From Microbotryum violaceum (taxonomy: Eukaryota), in assembly GCA_001244265.2 (NCBI GenBank), contig CDLV01000011.1, positions 1,302,001-1,366,000 of the forward strand: 64,000 nt of DNA, read 5' to 3'. Below are positions 38,364-54,930 of this stretch, piece after piece. The translations under genes were made by a program, and so were the position numbers. Within the stretch, counting starts at the first letter, position 1. Each line of letters opens with the position of its first letter. The notes below the pieces were generated by a model. The model ran no database searches, was not told the origin of the DNA, and saw only the letters and a list, made by a program, of their open reading frames with translations.

Positions 38364-39413
38364 GCGCTGAGATGAAAGAGACACGTCAAAAAAAGGAAGG
38401 AGTAGAACTAGAGGATCATTTTTGTCTCAAAATCGGTTTTTCTTCCACTTCATTGAGAGCATGCTTGCATTTCTCCATGATTTTTCTTTTCTTTTCCCGT
38501 TCTTTCACTAGCATTTCGAACCACCCTACTTTTTGCCCCTTCTCATTCCCGCTCTGCTCTCGAATCTAAACTGCCTCCACCCCCTAGCTCTCGTCGCCTT
38601 CCCCTCATCGTTTTGCCTCTCTTGCATCATCATTCAGTCGTTTTTTCTCGTTGTAGTAGCAGGAGAACCTGCTGCGTCCCTCTCTCTTGAGTGGAATCAT
38701 GCTTGTTCGGCTTGTTCACTTGCTGGCAGTTGATGGAATCCGATGAAAATCTCTCTTTCGGCCAGTCTCTTACTCTTCCTTCCTCCCTTGCCTCACCAAC
38801 CTCCCCTCATCAACCTCTTTACAACCTCTCGTCGACCTGACCATATAATTCACCACCGTTGACGAAGGCTGAAGCGCTGAGCAACGACCAAGCCCGTGGG
38901 CGAGTCCATAAGGCGCTATCGTCGCTTGAGTCGTCGAAAGCGCAGTTAATATCTTGAGAATTCTCAGATGTGCGATCAGTTCGTCGAGCGAACAATACTA
39001 GTCTGAGAGTTAGTAGTCTAAGTTATTTTGGTAAAAGTGTTTGGGTTTCGGGGCGAATTACCCCTCGATACGGCCCGCGAAGAAACCGGCAGGGCAGCGA
39101 AAGCAACGGGAGGCAAGACCAGGGAGGCGGGCGGGAGAGCAGTACAAAATCGGAATTCATCGGCGAGAGAACAGTCGAATGACTGAGAACGAGAACATAT
39201 GTTTTAGAATGAGAGAGGCTCGAGCACTTGTCGGGGCATTTTCCTCGTCTCGCTCGGCGCACCCGTGAGTCGCCTCTTGCAGCCTCTTGAATGATCTTGC
39301 AACCTGCCGGGTGGGGCTTAGCCTAGGCTGCCGCATCGCTGACGGTAGTCCTTCTCTGCCTGCATGACAACAGACTTGGTTATCTCCGCCAGACCCGCTC
39401 GTGATTCAATTGA

Positions 39414-40777
39414 ACACTATCATCTCCAATTCACGACTTTGCCCAGCCACTACAAGCTCCAATTCAGAGCGTCCGAGCCAGCGTAATCGCAAGCGAACAC
39501 GCGAGGCCAGCAGGAGCGCAGCTGAGACGCCGGTTGTGCTGAGTTTGCTGCAACGAGTGTCGATCCGCCCGTCCTGGCACTTGAAGATGATATCACGGCA
39601 ACTGACCAGTAACCAGTGAAAATGACGAGGTGACTCGGGGCATGAGCTCAGCATCGAGCGTTGACCTGTGCAATGTGCATCCGTGATGTCATCGACCGTC
39701 CTCGACATGGCCGCTACCAGATTCCGTCACCATCATCGTCGGTCTCAAACTCAAGTCCTCCCACGATGTGCGACCTGGACCCAGTGGTCGCAGCTCTCGA
39801 GGGCGGGACCGACGACATGGAAGAATACGCTCTGCTCAAAGGCGACATCGTATCCCGCATTTTGTTGCGCTCGGCGCCGGAATTGGTTGAGCAAGTGTTT
39901 GGAATCGATCATCCGGCGTTCGACGAGATCTCACAACGTGCTCGCCAGTCAGGCGGACAGGTTCAGTCAGGCCAGGCTCAAGACATCCAGGCCGAGCTCC
40001 GCAAACGCTTTCAGGAAGCCCACGACGATAGGCTCAGACCGATCCCACGCACGGGATACAATTCAAACTCGCCGTTGCAACTGCCGAGCGACCGGCACGG
40101 CTTTATATTCACGACACTATCAGGCGATGTTTCGACTCTAGCCCAGAGTCGGACAAGGAAGCGAAGGAGTGGACGCCTTTCTTGACATGCTGCAAAGTCG
40201 AAACGAGCTCGAAACGACTCTTGTGGAACCGCGTCCTGGTGCCGTGCGCGTTCGATGCTTCTCCTCAGCGCTCTCAGTTCCCCGGTGGACCGGGGGCATT
40301 TGCGCCCGAGCTGGTCACGGTGGTACTCGATCTAACCGAGCATGTGCTCTCGCAACCGACCCGACTGTTCGCCCCTGGCTTGACCGTCAGCGACAGGAAG
40401 GCATATCTGGTCGTACTGGACCAAGAGACGTGTCGAGTGGCGACCATCTCGGACTGCTGGGGTCAAGGCTTTGGCGAGCTAGCTGCGGTGCTCTCGATTC
40501 TGCTCGGCCTGAATTTCTACTCGGCCGGTTTTTGTCCCGTTTTCGAACTGGTGAACCGTCGGGCGAGTCTCTGAAGCGAGGGCGCGGGCCACGACGTGGA
40601 TCCGCAGCACAGGGAGCGTTTGATGGACATGATCCGTCGTGAAGATCCCGAACTGGGCGACTCGTTGGAATCGGTGACACGACTCTGCCCGGTGAAGATG
40701 ACCTCACCGTATACCTCGGTTGAGCGCTCGCCAGCAATGGACGCGATCCGGGTGGCAATACGAGAGCTCACAGCTTG
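39414..40777 (+). pseudogene. Truncated copy 1 of a repeated FunK1-like kinase sequence (kinase core deleted)
   Basis: Near-identical to 52581-53693 over about 1.1 kb. It lacks the equivalent of 53694-54725 and has a TGA at 40572-40574. Confidence 0.7.
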
Positions 40778-42731
40778 ACGCTGGAAGGGAGAGGCAATGT
40801 CTACCGAGTCGTAGAATCTAGTGCCGGGCTCGAGCCGACCGGACGTCTTTTTGTATCCGCCATTCCGTGCCACGACTGGTGGTATATACTTGTGCCTGTA
40901 ACTATAGCCGAACTCTCCATGAGGAGCACCCTTACTTCGAACAGGTGCGAGCGTCCTACCCTCAGCTTCCTCGCAGCGATCTTTTGACTCACTTCACAAG
41001 TGGGGACTCGTCCGTTGAGGTAATGGGACACGATCATACGCAACAAGAGCGTCAAGACCTGAGAAGTATGGAAGAGTACGGAGATAAATAAACGAATGCT
41101 GCAACAGAAAAATTTCGTATGTCGGATGGGATTCATCTAGCGGTCGCTGGGAATGCCATGAATGCCATGGGCCCCAGTCGGTCCGTCGGCATGTTCGGGC
41201 GAGCGGGGGGCGACCGGCAGCCACTTTCTCAGAGTGGTCACTGTGCCCATACCGGGACCGCAGCCACCCGTTGCTGTAAGTAGGTGCCTTATCGTTGACA
41301 CAAACAGCTTGTTGGAAAAGTTGAGAAACAAGCTTGGCCCCCCGACAAACCAGTTTCCGAATTTGCAGGACTGGCCTCTGATCGGAACGTGGACAAGGGA
41401 GGCAGGTTTAACAGTACATTGATACATCCCTAATATCCGTCCCGCAATATGAGCAAAAACCGGGTTTAAGCAACATGAGGTACGTACATGGCCCCGGATT
41501 CGCACTGTTTAGTTTCCCTGTCCCCTTATTTTTTCTTTCTCATGTTCGAAAGTAAAATGCGGGATTTATGGGGTGTGAAGAGGGCTGCTTTGTAATCTCA
41601 AGTGATGTATTTAGAAAGATTACATTGAGGCACAATGCCTCGCGGTGCGCGACAGTGTAACACTCGCATAAAGTCGGAGGACTTGTCTGAAGCACATGCA
41701 CTGGCAGCCCAAAAATGATACCTTATGCGGGGCCCTACCCAACGGTCACGAGGGTCGATTGATTCGAGTCGCTGCCCGTTGCAGTAGTCGAGGTGGATGA
41801 TGCCACGGCCGCGGCCGTCTCCAAGATCCAGCTCGCGAACTAGTGCACCTGCGCCTGACTCTAGAGCCGCGCAGCTGCTCTGCAGATCCGAGCGCTGAGC
41901 ACGAAGTTTAAGCGACGCTTGGCTGCGCAAGAGGAGCCATCTAAGTTCCGACTGCCAAGGGTCGGAGATTGGCATCACTTACGCTTTTCATCTGGTTCAT
42001 CCATCCACACCCCTTCCCACCCATCCGAATGGATGACGTTTACCGAACCACCCACAAAGAAGTCAAGACACCGAGCGAGTCGACGGGCCGGGCCGACGTG
42101 AGCTCTTCCGAGCCGCAGCTGGCAGCCGCGACATCATCATCCTCCCGAGTCCCCACCTCGACTGCTACCCATGACAACAGTTCGAACATGAAGACACGAG
42201 AAAATCACGGTATAGAGTTGACCGGCTACATTCACATGGTCGAGGTAAAGGTTTGGGTGGACTACGTCACACATAGGAGCTGCGGAGCTCTGCCCCTCGA
42301 TTTTACAAAGAAACGTGCACCCGAGTCTCGGAGTCGAGCAGGCGATTGATGGGAGGGATGGCTACAAGGACCAACCGAACGGATTGAGGCAGCAAGAACC
42401 GGATTTATGGCCGAATAGGGCCAATTCAAGGGTGGACGTCGGTGTGTCTCCGAGGCACGATCATCGGGCTGGTCGGTGTGGTATAACGCCGGCGCGATCA
42501 TGACGCTGGCCCTGCGAGCTTGCCACATCGCATCGATCGCTGAATGCGGACGATTTCCTCTTCCCACTTTCAAATTATCGGTGCAGGCTGGACCCTTTTC
42601 CACAAGTCCATATTACTCTGTTTCGGCGGTACCGGCGTAGCCGCCCCTAATGGACACCACCAACATCGGACGCTTCAGTGCCAACAACGCGCCCTTCGCA
42701 GGCGTGACGGCCGTATGGTACGCCCTCAAGT

Positions 42732-42819
42732 CAAGGCCTTCACTAGCGACCCGTCCGCCACCACGTCTACGCCCCTGGCTCCAAGGTAGGTGGCGGACGG
42801 GTCGCCATTGAAGGCCTTG
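42732..42819. repeat. Inverted repeat: 31-bp arms (29/31 match) with a 26-nt spacer
   Basis: caaggccttcactagcgacccgtccgccacc / ggtggcggacgggtcgccattgaaggccttg. Confidence 0.9.
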
Positions 42820-43089
42820 GCGAGAAACCCGCCGCTTCGGGGTTGAGGTGGTGCTGAAATCATGTATAGCGTTCTATGCCCCTGTTCTTTTCCTCCCGCT
42901 AATCAGACGGGTTGCCACTCCTTGGTATTTGAAGAAGTTATCATCCATTCGCCCGTCTTTTCGCGTCACAGCAAGAAATCCTGTTCCGTCCCTCTCTCTG
43001 TCGAAATGCATACAGCCTTTGTCCGCTTCATCACTCGCTTGCAATTGATAGACCATCTAAGGATTCTTTCCCCCCCCCCCCCCCAAGAC

Positions 43090-43972
43090 TTATTCCTTCT
43101 TCCTCTCCTGCTTCGCCCACGCCCCCCGATCAACTTCCCTACAAACCCTCGTCAACCTAACCGTATAATCGACCGTCATCGCAAGTGGCACCAACAAGAA
43201 CGGAAGATAAGTGAAGAACAACGTCAGCCGATGGTTGAGGGTGGGTAGGTGGGGTTCGTTAAGGACGGTCGCTAGACAGGCCCAGGTGGTGGTGGAGGAG
43301 GAGGCACCGTAGATCGCTAGGAGGGGATGGATGGCGGTTGTGTCTTCGAGGGAAGGAAGAGCAAGTAAGGGGTTGAATAGGAATTACCAGTGCGATGCAG
43401 AAGATAGCGTTGAGACTTACTCTTCCTCAACAACCCTCGAATTCCTAACACGAACACAGGGACTTGGAATATGATCTCGAGTATGATGAAGGATTGGAAC
43501 CAACTGAACATGGGGTTGGTCGCGTTTTGTAACAGGTAGTCATCTTTGGATGCGAAATTGACTGTGAAAGTCGTGAGTGAGGGGGAGGGGAGGGAGTGGT
43601 TAGGACGGTCAGGTAGAGAGTGTTGAGGTGATCTTTTGAGGAGCTTACAGATCACTCGTAGACTTGGGGACTGATGTGGTGAGCGAAGAAGAGCGCTTGG
43701 GAATCTGGTGGAGTGAGAGTTTCGTCGCTTTTTGGGCTGACAAGAGGACGCGATAGACTTTGACATACCAACAAGCAAGGTCGCTGGGAGATGGATGATG
43801 AGGAAGACGCTGCCCAAAGAGAATCAAGCGTGGTAATGGTGGTCGGTGGTAACGAGGTCATGTTTAGCATGGGGAAGGGGACCACCGTCCGGAGCTGAGT
43901 AGACTGGCAAGCGTGCAGAGCACTGCATGGGACTCACAGGTAAATAACATCACGAGTCGATTGCTGCACCAT
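43090..43972 (-). CDS. TMEM97/EXPERA-domain membrane protein (sigma-2 receptor/Ema19-like), multi-exon
   Basis: Spliced MVQQSTRDVIYLVFLIIHLPATLLVD...WFQSFIILEIIFQVPVFVLG...IYGASSSTTTWACL...YLPFLLVPLAMTVD. Lys-rich C-terminus ending RKKE. Confidence 0.82.
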
Positions 43973-44278
43973 TTTTGGGGGCCTTGCCGAGTTGGGCCCT
44001 CAAGATGTGATGTGAGCGAAAGGGGTTAGTTCACTGGCGAACTGCCCGTGGAGCAAGACCGGCCGACAACGTGGCCTCGGCCTATCAATATATCAATGTT
44101 GGACGCGCCTCGACGCGTTGCTCGAGGCTCGGGCGCGTCCAGCGCGTTGGGCGTGGTTGTCGTCGATCGCAAAGTGCTCCGCTTTCTGGCCGCGGGCTGG
44201 CCCACGTCTCGCTCTCACGCTTCGCCACATCCCCAGCTCGCTCCGGTCCCAACCTCCACGCCAAAGTCCCAGAGTGAG

Positions 44279-47764
<3,486 letters not shown>

Positions 47765-48127
47765 TTTTGAGGTAGTCTAGAGGCTTCTTAGTTATGGGGG
47801 TATCGTTTCATAGAGCAATCTCGAAGTGGTTGGAGTAGTGGAGGGCTCCTTTTAGCAGATGTAACGAACGCAGTAAACGAATCGTGACTTTGTTGCGCAA
47901 GTGAGCTCGATGGCTCACTCTTGATTCGCACTCATATACATCAATAGCTCTCCCCATGACATACGCCACTGTGGTCAAAAGACTATGGTGAGCAATGTAT
48001 TGGAATTCCACACTGACCCGAACCCATCCGCTCCTCTCCCTCTCTCTTCTCGTGTCTCCAAGACCTAAACGTACGTCACAAACAAAACACAAACACACAA
48101 GAACGTCACGTCCTACTTATTTCTCGA

Positions 48128-51100
48128 TCAGCGATAACCCCCATACCCACCCTGCTGTTGTTGCCCATTGAACATGGGATTATATCCCGTCATCTGCGGC
48201 TGCATGACCCCAAAGCCCATCGGCTGAGCCTGGATCGGACCTCCGTTCAAGCCAGTGGGTTGGGGTCTCAACGAATCATATTTATTTGCCTGTTGAGGAC
48301 CGAGTTGGGTAGAACCGGAGGCGAAAGTGCCGTCTTTCATGGAGGCGAAGATGTTGGTTGGTTCGAATTGAGCGGTTTTGGTTGCGGTTTGGGAGTTGTT
48401 CGAGGAGTTGTTCGAGTTGGGTGGCATGGGGTTGAATTGGATGGGTTGTTGTGCGGGTTGTTGAGGTCGAGGTTGTTGGAATTGCGGTTGTGGTTGCTGA
48501 CCAAAGACTGAAGCTTGAGGGTTGTAACCCGTCGGTTGGGATACGATGAACCCAGTAGGCTGGGGTTGGATGTACCCCGTCGGCCGGGGTTGCATGAATC
48601 CCGTCGGTTGAGGTTGCATGAACCCACTCGGTTGAGGTTGAGCGGGAAAGTTTATCCCTGTAGGTTGCATACACAAAGGCGAAGAGGCGTTCATCCCTAC
48701 GAATCCGGTCGGTTGACTCATGACCATCACTGGGCTGGGAATACCCGTGAACTGGGGCTGCATCGGATTGAACCCTGTTGTCATGGGCATCAAGGGCGTA
48801 GGGAAACCCGTTCGAGTTGGGACGAGAGGGGCGAGCAGACCTTGATTTGCAGCGATGGGTGTGATGGGACCTCGTGGAGCATTGGGGTTGAAGGCGGGGA
48901 CGGAAAGGGCGTTCATTTGCGTTGTGTTGGCCGTGGGAGTCGAAGAAGGGCGTTGTACGTTGTTGCCGATGCCGAGCTGCGCCAGCAAACCATCGTTGTA
49001 GGTCAGACCGGCAGCTGAGCCAGTCCTTGCGGGAGCCTGGACCGGGGGTTTCTCAGCAACAGGTGACGATGCGGCAGGGGCAGGAGCTGGTACCGGGGCC
49101 GGGGCAGCGGGAGCAGGAGGAGGTGCCGGAGCAGCCGCAGGAGCGGGCGCAGGAGGAGCGGGCGACGAAGGCGAAGGCTTGACTTCCCACGCATCGTCGT
49201 CAAAGCCACCAACCTGAGGCTGAGTTGAGCTGGACCTCTTCGTAGGATCGAGGGACGCCGCTCCTGTCGACTGCGCCGAGATAGGCGATGTGACTGGCGT
49301 CGAGCCACGCGTCTTGGCAATCTCGGACCCAGCAGCAACAAGAGCAGTGGGGTCCACCGCTCCCGCCGCTGTTCGGTTGTTGGCCGTATTCCTCCTCCCT
49401 CTTCGCAACTTGCCATCTGGACCGGAGAACAAGCCCGGGGCAGGGGGCGTGGGGCGTCCGTTCTGCAGTGCGAGGGCCATCCTTGCATCCGCAGCGATCT
49501 GTTCCTCGCGATCGGATTTAGTCGGGGGTGGTGGTCCTGCGTATTTCTCCTTGATATGCCGACGCACGCGGATGATGTCTCCTTCCTTGAGCCCGAGACT
49601 ACGAAGGTTTGACTCCTCAAGATCAGGAATGAGCGAATCCTCGATTCCCTCGTTGTCGGCATTACGAGCGTATCGCTGACACGCATCGACGTCGCACCCG
49701 GCATTGAGGAAGAACTCGAACCAATCTGTTGTGTTCTGCTTCTTGGGCTGACCCGACGACGTCGACTTGGGCCCGGATTGTCGACTCGAGGACGCCTCTC
49801 TCGACGATCGGTCTCTTCTCTCATCGTCCCCACCACCCATCTTCTGCTTGAGCCACGTCGTGTCCTCCCCAGACATTTTTTCTAGAGGTACCTCAATAAT
49901 GACCCCATTGAGTTTGTGCAAACGGATCTTGTTAGCTTTGAGCCCGATGAACTCCGCCTCGACCTTGAATTGTCCCGTACGATCCTTCCACGTCCGAATT
50001 TTAGATGCATCAGGTTTCCTCACCGCCTTATCCTTCGACGACCTGCCCCCATTCTCCCCCCTCGACGACCTAGACTTCCTCGACGGCTCAGCATCATCAT
50101 CGCTTCCCAACTGAGTCAAACCCGACTTGGTCGTCGGTACAGGAATCGGTGCAGCCCTAGGTTGGGACTCCATCCTCGCGAGGCGTTGACGTTCCTTCTC
50201 CGCTTCTCTCTTGGACGCGCGTTCAGCTTTCGCCTCTCGGTCCCGAGCCAGTTGAGCACGCTGCTCATCTAAAAGTTGGTTCGAAATGATCGCTGCAGCA
50301 GCACGTTCTTCTTCCTCTCTTCGGTCTTCTTCCTCTTCGTCATAAGCTGATTGACGACTTCGCGAAGCACGTGAAGTAGCAGCGGCAGGAGCAGGGACGG
50401 GAGCTGGAGGAGGAGCAGGGATCGCTCTTTTGGTCGGCGCGGACCCGACCGCGGAAGCTCCAGGATCCAATTCGATATAACTCGCCGGTACGACACCTTC
50501 GACGTTGCTACCCACCTTACGAATCTTGGCCCAATCGGGGTCGTCCGAAGTCGAGCCGTCGTCGATGAGGATCACGCGTTCCCCCTCAACGATGGCGATT
50601 TCGTCATCACCTTGGGGTTCAAAGTCGTACAGAGCGACGGCGTTGGCTTCGCTTTCGAAAGGGGATGACGATCCTCCGTTACGAGCGGGAGTACTGGGGG
50701 CGGAAGGGACGATGTTGCTCGAGGAGGTACTACGGATGGGCGGAGGCGGGGGCATGTAGCCTGAAGTAGCGACGGGCGGTGGAAGAGCGGCGGGAGCGGC
50801 AGCGGCAGCCAGGGGAGGTGGTCGAGGCGACGCAGGAACTGCTGGGGAGGCCGCCTTTGCAGCCGAAGAACCGGGAGTGGCACGATCTGCTTCGATCTTG
50901 TCGACGATCTCCTCGAAAACGTCCTTGGAACCGATGACGAAATGAAGCGGCTCGGGCGCCGAGGGGAACGAGAGGTGGAGGTGCTTGAACTTTTCGGTCG
51001 TGATATGTTCGAGTGAAGACAAAGGGTACTGTTGGACTGGGGTCTGTGTACCCCAACGCAAAGATCGGTCAGCATTCGATCAAGAAGGGTTCGGACAGAT

Positions 51101-52263
51101 TCCGCCGGGTTGAGCCCCACCTTGTCACTCTCGCTGGCGAAGAAGAGGGCGCCGTTGCCAACACCGAGTGTGCCCTTTTTCTTCTTCTTCTTTTCGTCGA
51201 CCTCCTATGTAGATTCGAGAAAACTGTCTTAGCTGGGAATGCCACATGTGGTTAGTTGTTTCGAGGCTGGCGACGAACTGTGACGGCCCAGGTCTTGACG
51301 TTCGTGGGGCTGGCGGTCGAGACGTTTCGCTGAGGGGGCGGAGGCAGTGTGCTCGTATACGTCGAAGCGGCCGGAACAGGTGCGGCAACATGGAGAGACG
51401 CCTAAAGATATTGTACGCGTGTCAGTATGTATCGAAAGACGCGGTGCTCTTCTTCACCTCACCTCTTCTTCCTCTTCTTCCTCCTGCTCCTCCGACACGT
51501 CGGCAGGCTGATCGACGGGTTCGGCTTGATGATGCACCGCGTCGGCGTCCTTAGAGATGCGCACACACAATAGCCAGATAAGCGACCCTTAACTTGGATC
51601 CGCATCTTCCCAAAGTGCTTCTCACCTCGATATAACTCGTCGGCACAAAGCCGGCGCCTTGACCGTCGCCCCGAAGCACAAGACACCAATCCTCCTCCTC
51701 TTCGACCAGGCTCAGTTCCTCCCCCTCCGTGATGGCCAGTTCCTCATCGTTATCGGCCACACCTTCTTCGTTCAATGCAGGGGAATAGTCATACATGGCT
51801 CGAACGACACGGAGTACGGGGGCTGAGGTGAGGTACGAGGCGGGTACGAGTCCGATTTGTGGGGCCGCGGTCGAGTCGGACGACTTGATCTTGACTTTGT
51901 GCCATCTGCGGAAAGGGGGGGAGGGACGTATCAAGTCGGATTGCTGAATCTCTTTACAGCACTAGCTCGGCCTAGCCGCGCTCGCTTGCATCGCCCTCGT
52001 CGATCGTTTCGACAGTGTGACCGATCACACCGATCACACCGATCACACCGATCACACCGATCACCCGGGGAGCACATCCCATCCCATCCCAGCAGCAACC
52101 ATCACCTCCGCACAGAACAAGGCGCACAGCGGACTCACTCGGGATCATCATCCTCGACAACCCAGACCAACTGGTCCTCCTGCACGGACAGCTCCTCCTC
52201 GGTCGTCGCGGCGTATTCGAACTCGGCCTTGCGCAGTGACGAGTACGTGCGCCCGACGGCCAT
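48128..52263 (-). CDS. SLA1: Endocytic adaptor Sla1 (three SH3, SHD1, SAM-like SHD2, QPTG repeats)
   Basis: N-terminal SH3 domains; KKKKGTLGVGNGALFFASESDK; SHD1 RTWKDRTGQFKVEAEFIGLKANKIRLHKLNGVIIEVP; DWFEFFLNAG; C-terminal PQPTG repeats. Confidence 0.95.
52021..52066. repeat. (CCGATCACA)x5 9-mer tandem repeat in SLA1 intron 1
   Basis: Seen directly. Confidence 0.9.
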
Positions 52264-52580
52264 GTTCTTGACCGGGCTGTGTATACGAGTGTGTCGGGTT
52301 GAGGGCTGATCGGAGCGGGATGGAGCTTAGCTGCTCGGCTTCCTTCGCCGTGTGACTGCGTAGTGATCGGCGGCGATCGAGAGGCGGAGAGAGGGGAAGG
52401 AGGGAGAAGAAGGGGGGCACCTGGGAGCACGGAGTGGGGTGGCCTGCTATGGGCCGATAGCCGGCGGCTGCCTGCTGCTAGCTCCTGCTGCCTGCCAGTG
52501 CCTCGTGTAGGCCCGAAAAGGCGCCATCAGCATGCTCCTTACCTGCATCACAGTAGCCCGGTGTTGACCATCTCCACCGG

Positions 52581-54930
52581 ACACTATCACTTCCAATTCA
52601 CGACCTTGCCCAGCCACTACAAGCTCCAATCCAGAGCGTCCGAGCCAGCGAGGCCAGCATGAGCGCAGCTGAGACGCCGGTTGTGCTGAGTTTGCTGCAA
52701 CGAGTGTCGATCCGCCCGTCCTGGCACTTGAAGATGATATCACGGCAACTGACCAGTAACCAGTGAAAATGACGAGGTGACTCGGGGCATGAGCTCAGCT
52801 TCGAGCGCTGACCTGTGCAATGTGCATCCGTGATGTCATCGACCGTCCTCGACATGGCCGCTACCAGATTCCGTCACCATCATCGTCGGTCTCAAACTCA
52901 AGTCCTCCCACGATGTGCGACCTGGACCCAGTGGTCGCAGCTCTCGAGGGCGGGACCGACGACATGGAAGAATACGCTCTGCTCAAAGGCGACATCGTAC
53001 CCCGCATTTTGTTGCGCTCGGCGCCGGAATTGGTTGAGCAAGTGTTTGGAATCGATCATCCGGCGTTCGACGAGATCTCACAACGTGCTCGCCAGTCAGG
53101 CGGACAGGTTCAGTCAGGCCAGGCTCAAGACATCCAGGCCGAGCTCCGCAAACGCTTTCAGGAAGCCCACGACGATAGGCTCAGACCGATCCCACGCACG
53201 GGATACAATTCAAACTCGCCGTTGCAACTGCCGAGCGACCGGCACGGCTTTATATTCACGACACTATCAGGCGATGTTTCGACTCTAGCCCAGAGTCGGA
53301 CAAGGAAGCGAAGGAGTGGACGCCTTTCTTGACATGCTGCAAAGTCGAAACGAGCTCGAAACGACTCTTGTGGAACCGCGTCCTGGTGCCGTGCGCGTTC
53401 GATGCTTCTCCTCAGCGCTCTCAGTTCCCCGGTGGACCGGGGGCATTTGCGCCCGAGCTGGTCACGGTGGTACTCGATCTAACCGAGCATGTGCTCTCGC
53501 AACCGACCCGACTGTTCGCCCCTGGCTTGACCGTCAGCGACAGGAAGGCATATCTGGTCGTACTGGACCAAGAGACGTGTCGAGTGGCGACCATTTCGGA
53601 CTGCTGGGGTCAAGGCTTTGGCGAGCTAGCTGCGGTGCTCTCGGTTCTGCTCGACCTGAATTTCTACTCGGCCGGTTTTTGTCCCTGTTTCGACTACACG
53701 TGCCACCCCACGAGCGGTATTGCACCCGCGTCGTTACTCGTGTCGGGCTTTGGGTCGTCCGTCGGGCGCACAGTCACGTTTGAGGACAAGGAGCCAATCG
53801 AGCTTTTGTCCTGTGCGAAAGTGGAAGGCGGTCACCGTTTCTCCGGACGATGCACGACGTTGTTTCAACTGACACGCCCGATCCTGAGCGCCACTGCCAC
53901 CGCTCCGGAGGTCTCGACTTTGTCGCCATCTTTCGTCCTGAAAGTGCAGCTCGTCGGTCCGGACTTTGTACGCGTCGAGTCAAACGTGCTTCGCAATATT
54001 AACGCCGCGTGCGACAAGGGTGCTCTACTGCCGGCCGTGTTTGACCACCTGGCTACGCTCAAAACTTCGGCGTCCCTCTCCCTTGACTCGAGCTTGCCGG
54101 TAGACGATGATGACCAGTCGCCAGCGGCATCAATGCCCGCCTCGTAAAAGAGGAGGCGTAACAAAACGTGGCGCACCCCGCTGCATACCCCAATACGACG
54201 CTCACTCGAGCTTCTTGTTCTGCACAACCCGTCGCCACTGCCACAGCCGCTCTTCCGGCGCCATCGTGGCCAGCAGGAACTACCTCTGGCTAAATTTTCC
54301 CAAGTCTTCGATCAACTCCTGACGGTACTGACCACGTTTCACCGCCTCGGCTTCCATCACCGCGATCTTTCGCTCGGCAACATCCTCCACTTTGAGGCCC
54401 ACCTTGTACTCATTGATTGGGATGGCGGCGTCGTGGCCAATCCGGGAGCCTCGTTCGCCATTGCGGCCCAAGAAGACGGCCGCCTCCGAGTGACGGTGGA
54501 AGGCGCTCCTCGACAGGCGCTTCTTTGCAACGTGGTTGGCTTGGACTGCAATCATCGCGCACCTGAGTACAGGTTAGCCTACGCGTTCGAATCAGCTGTG
54601 TATTGCCTGTTCCATGCCTTGGTCTACCGCATCAAGCCAGAGGACGCTGCCTGGGACTACTTCTTTCGATATCCCGCCGCCCGACCAGGTGCGCGTCCTC
54701 GCTATTTTGAAGATCGGGAGGCGCAACTGGTCGACCGTCGGGCGAGTCTCTGGAGCGAGGGCGGGCGGCAACGACGTGAAGCCGCAGTACAGGGAGCGTT
54801 TGATCAACATGCTTCGCCGTGAAGATTCCGAGCTAGGGGAGTCGTGGGAGTTGGTGACGCGGCTCGGTCCAGTAAAGGTAACCTCGCGGTATACGTCCGA
54901 TGAGCGATCGCAGGCGATGGACGCGAGTGA
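52581..54930 (+). pseudogene. Fungal FunK1-like protein kinase pseudogene, copy 2
   Basis: Catalytic loop GFHHRDLSLGNIL and LVLIDWD (54349-54423) lie in frame with ORF 53329-54147 across a TAA at 54145-54147. Reading-frame breaks near 53330 and 54765. Confidence 0.75.

Noticed and set aside
39414..40545. RIP-like hypermutation between the kinase copies
   Set aside because: Too few differences and no consistent sequence context.
41137..41505. Tyrosine-recombinase remnant
   Set aside because: Only a vague resemblance; no HSxRxG motif.
43652..43885. Apparent frameshift at the TMEM97 5' end
   Set aside because: Explained by an intron joining MVQQSTRDVIYL to VFLIIH in frame.
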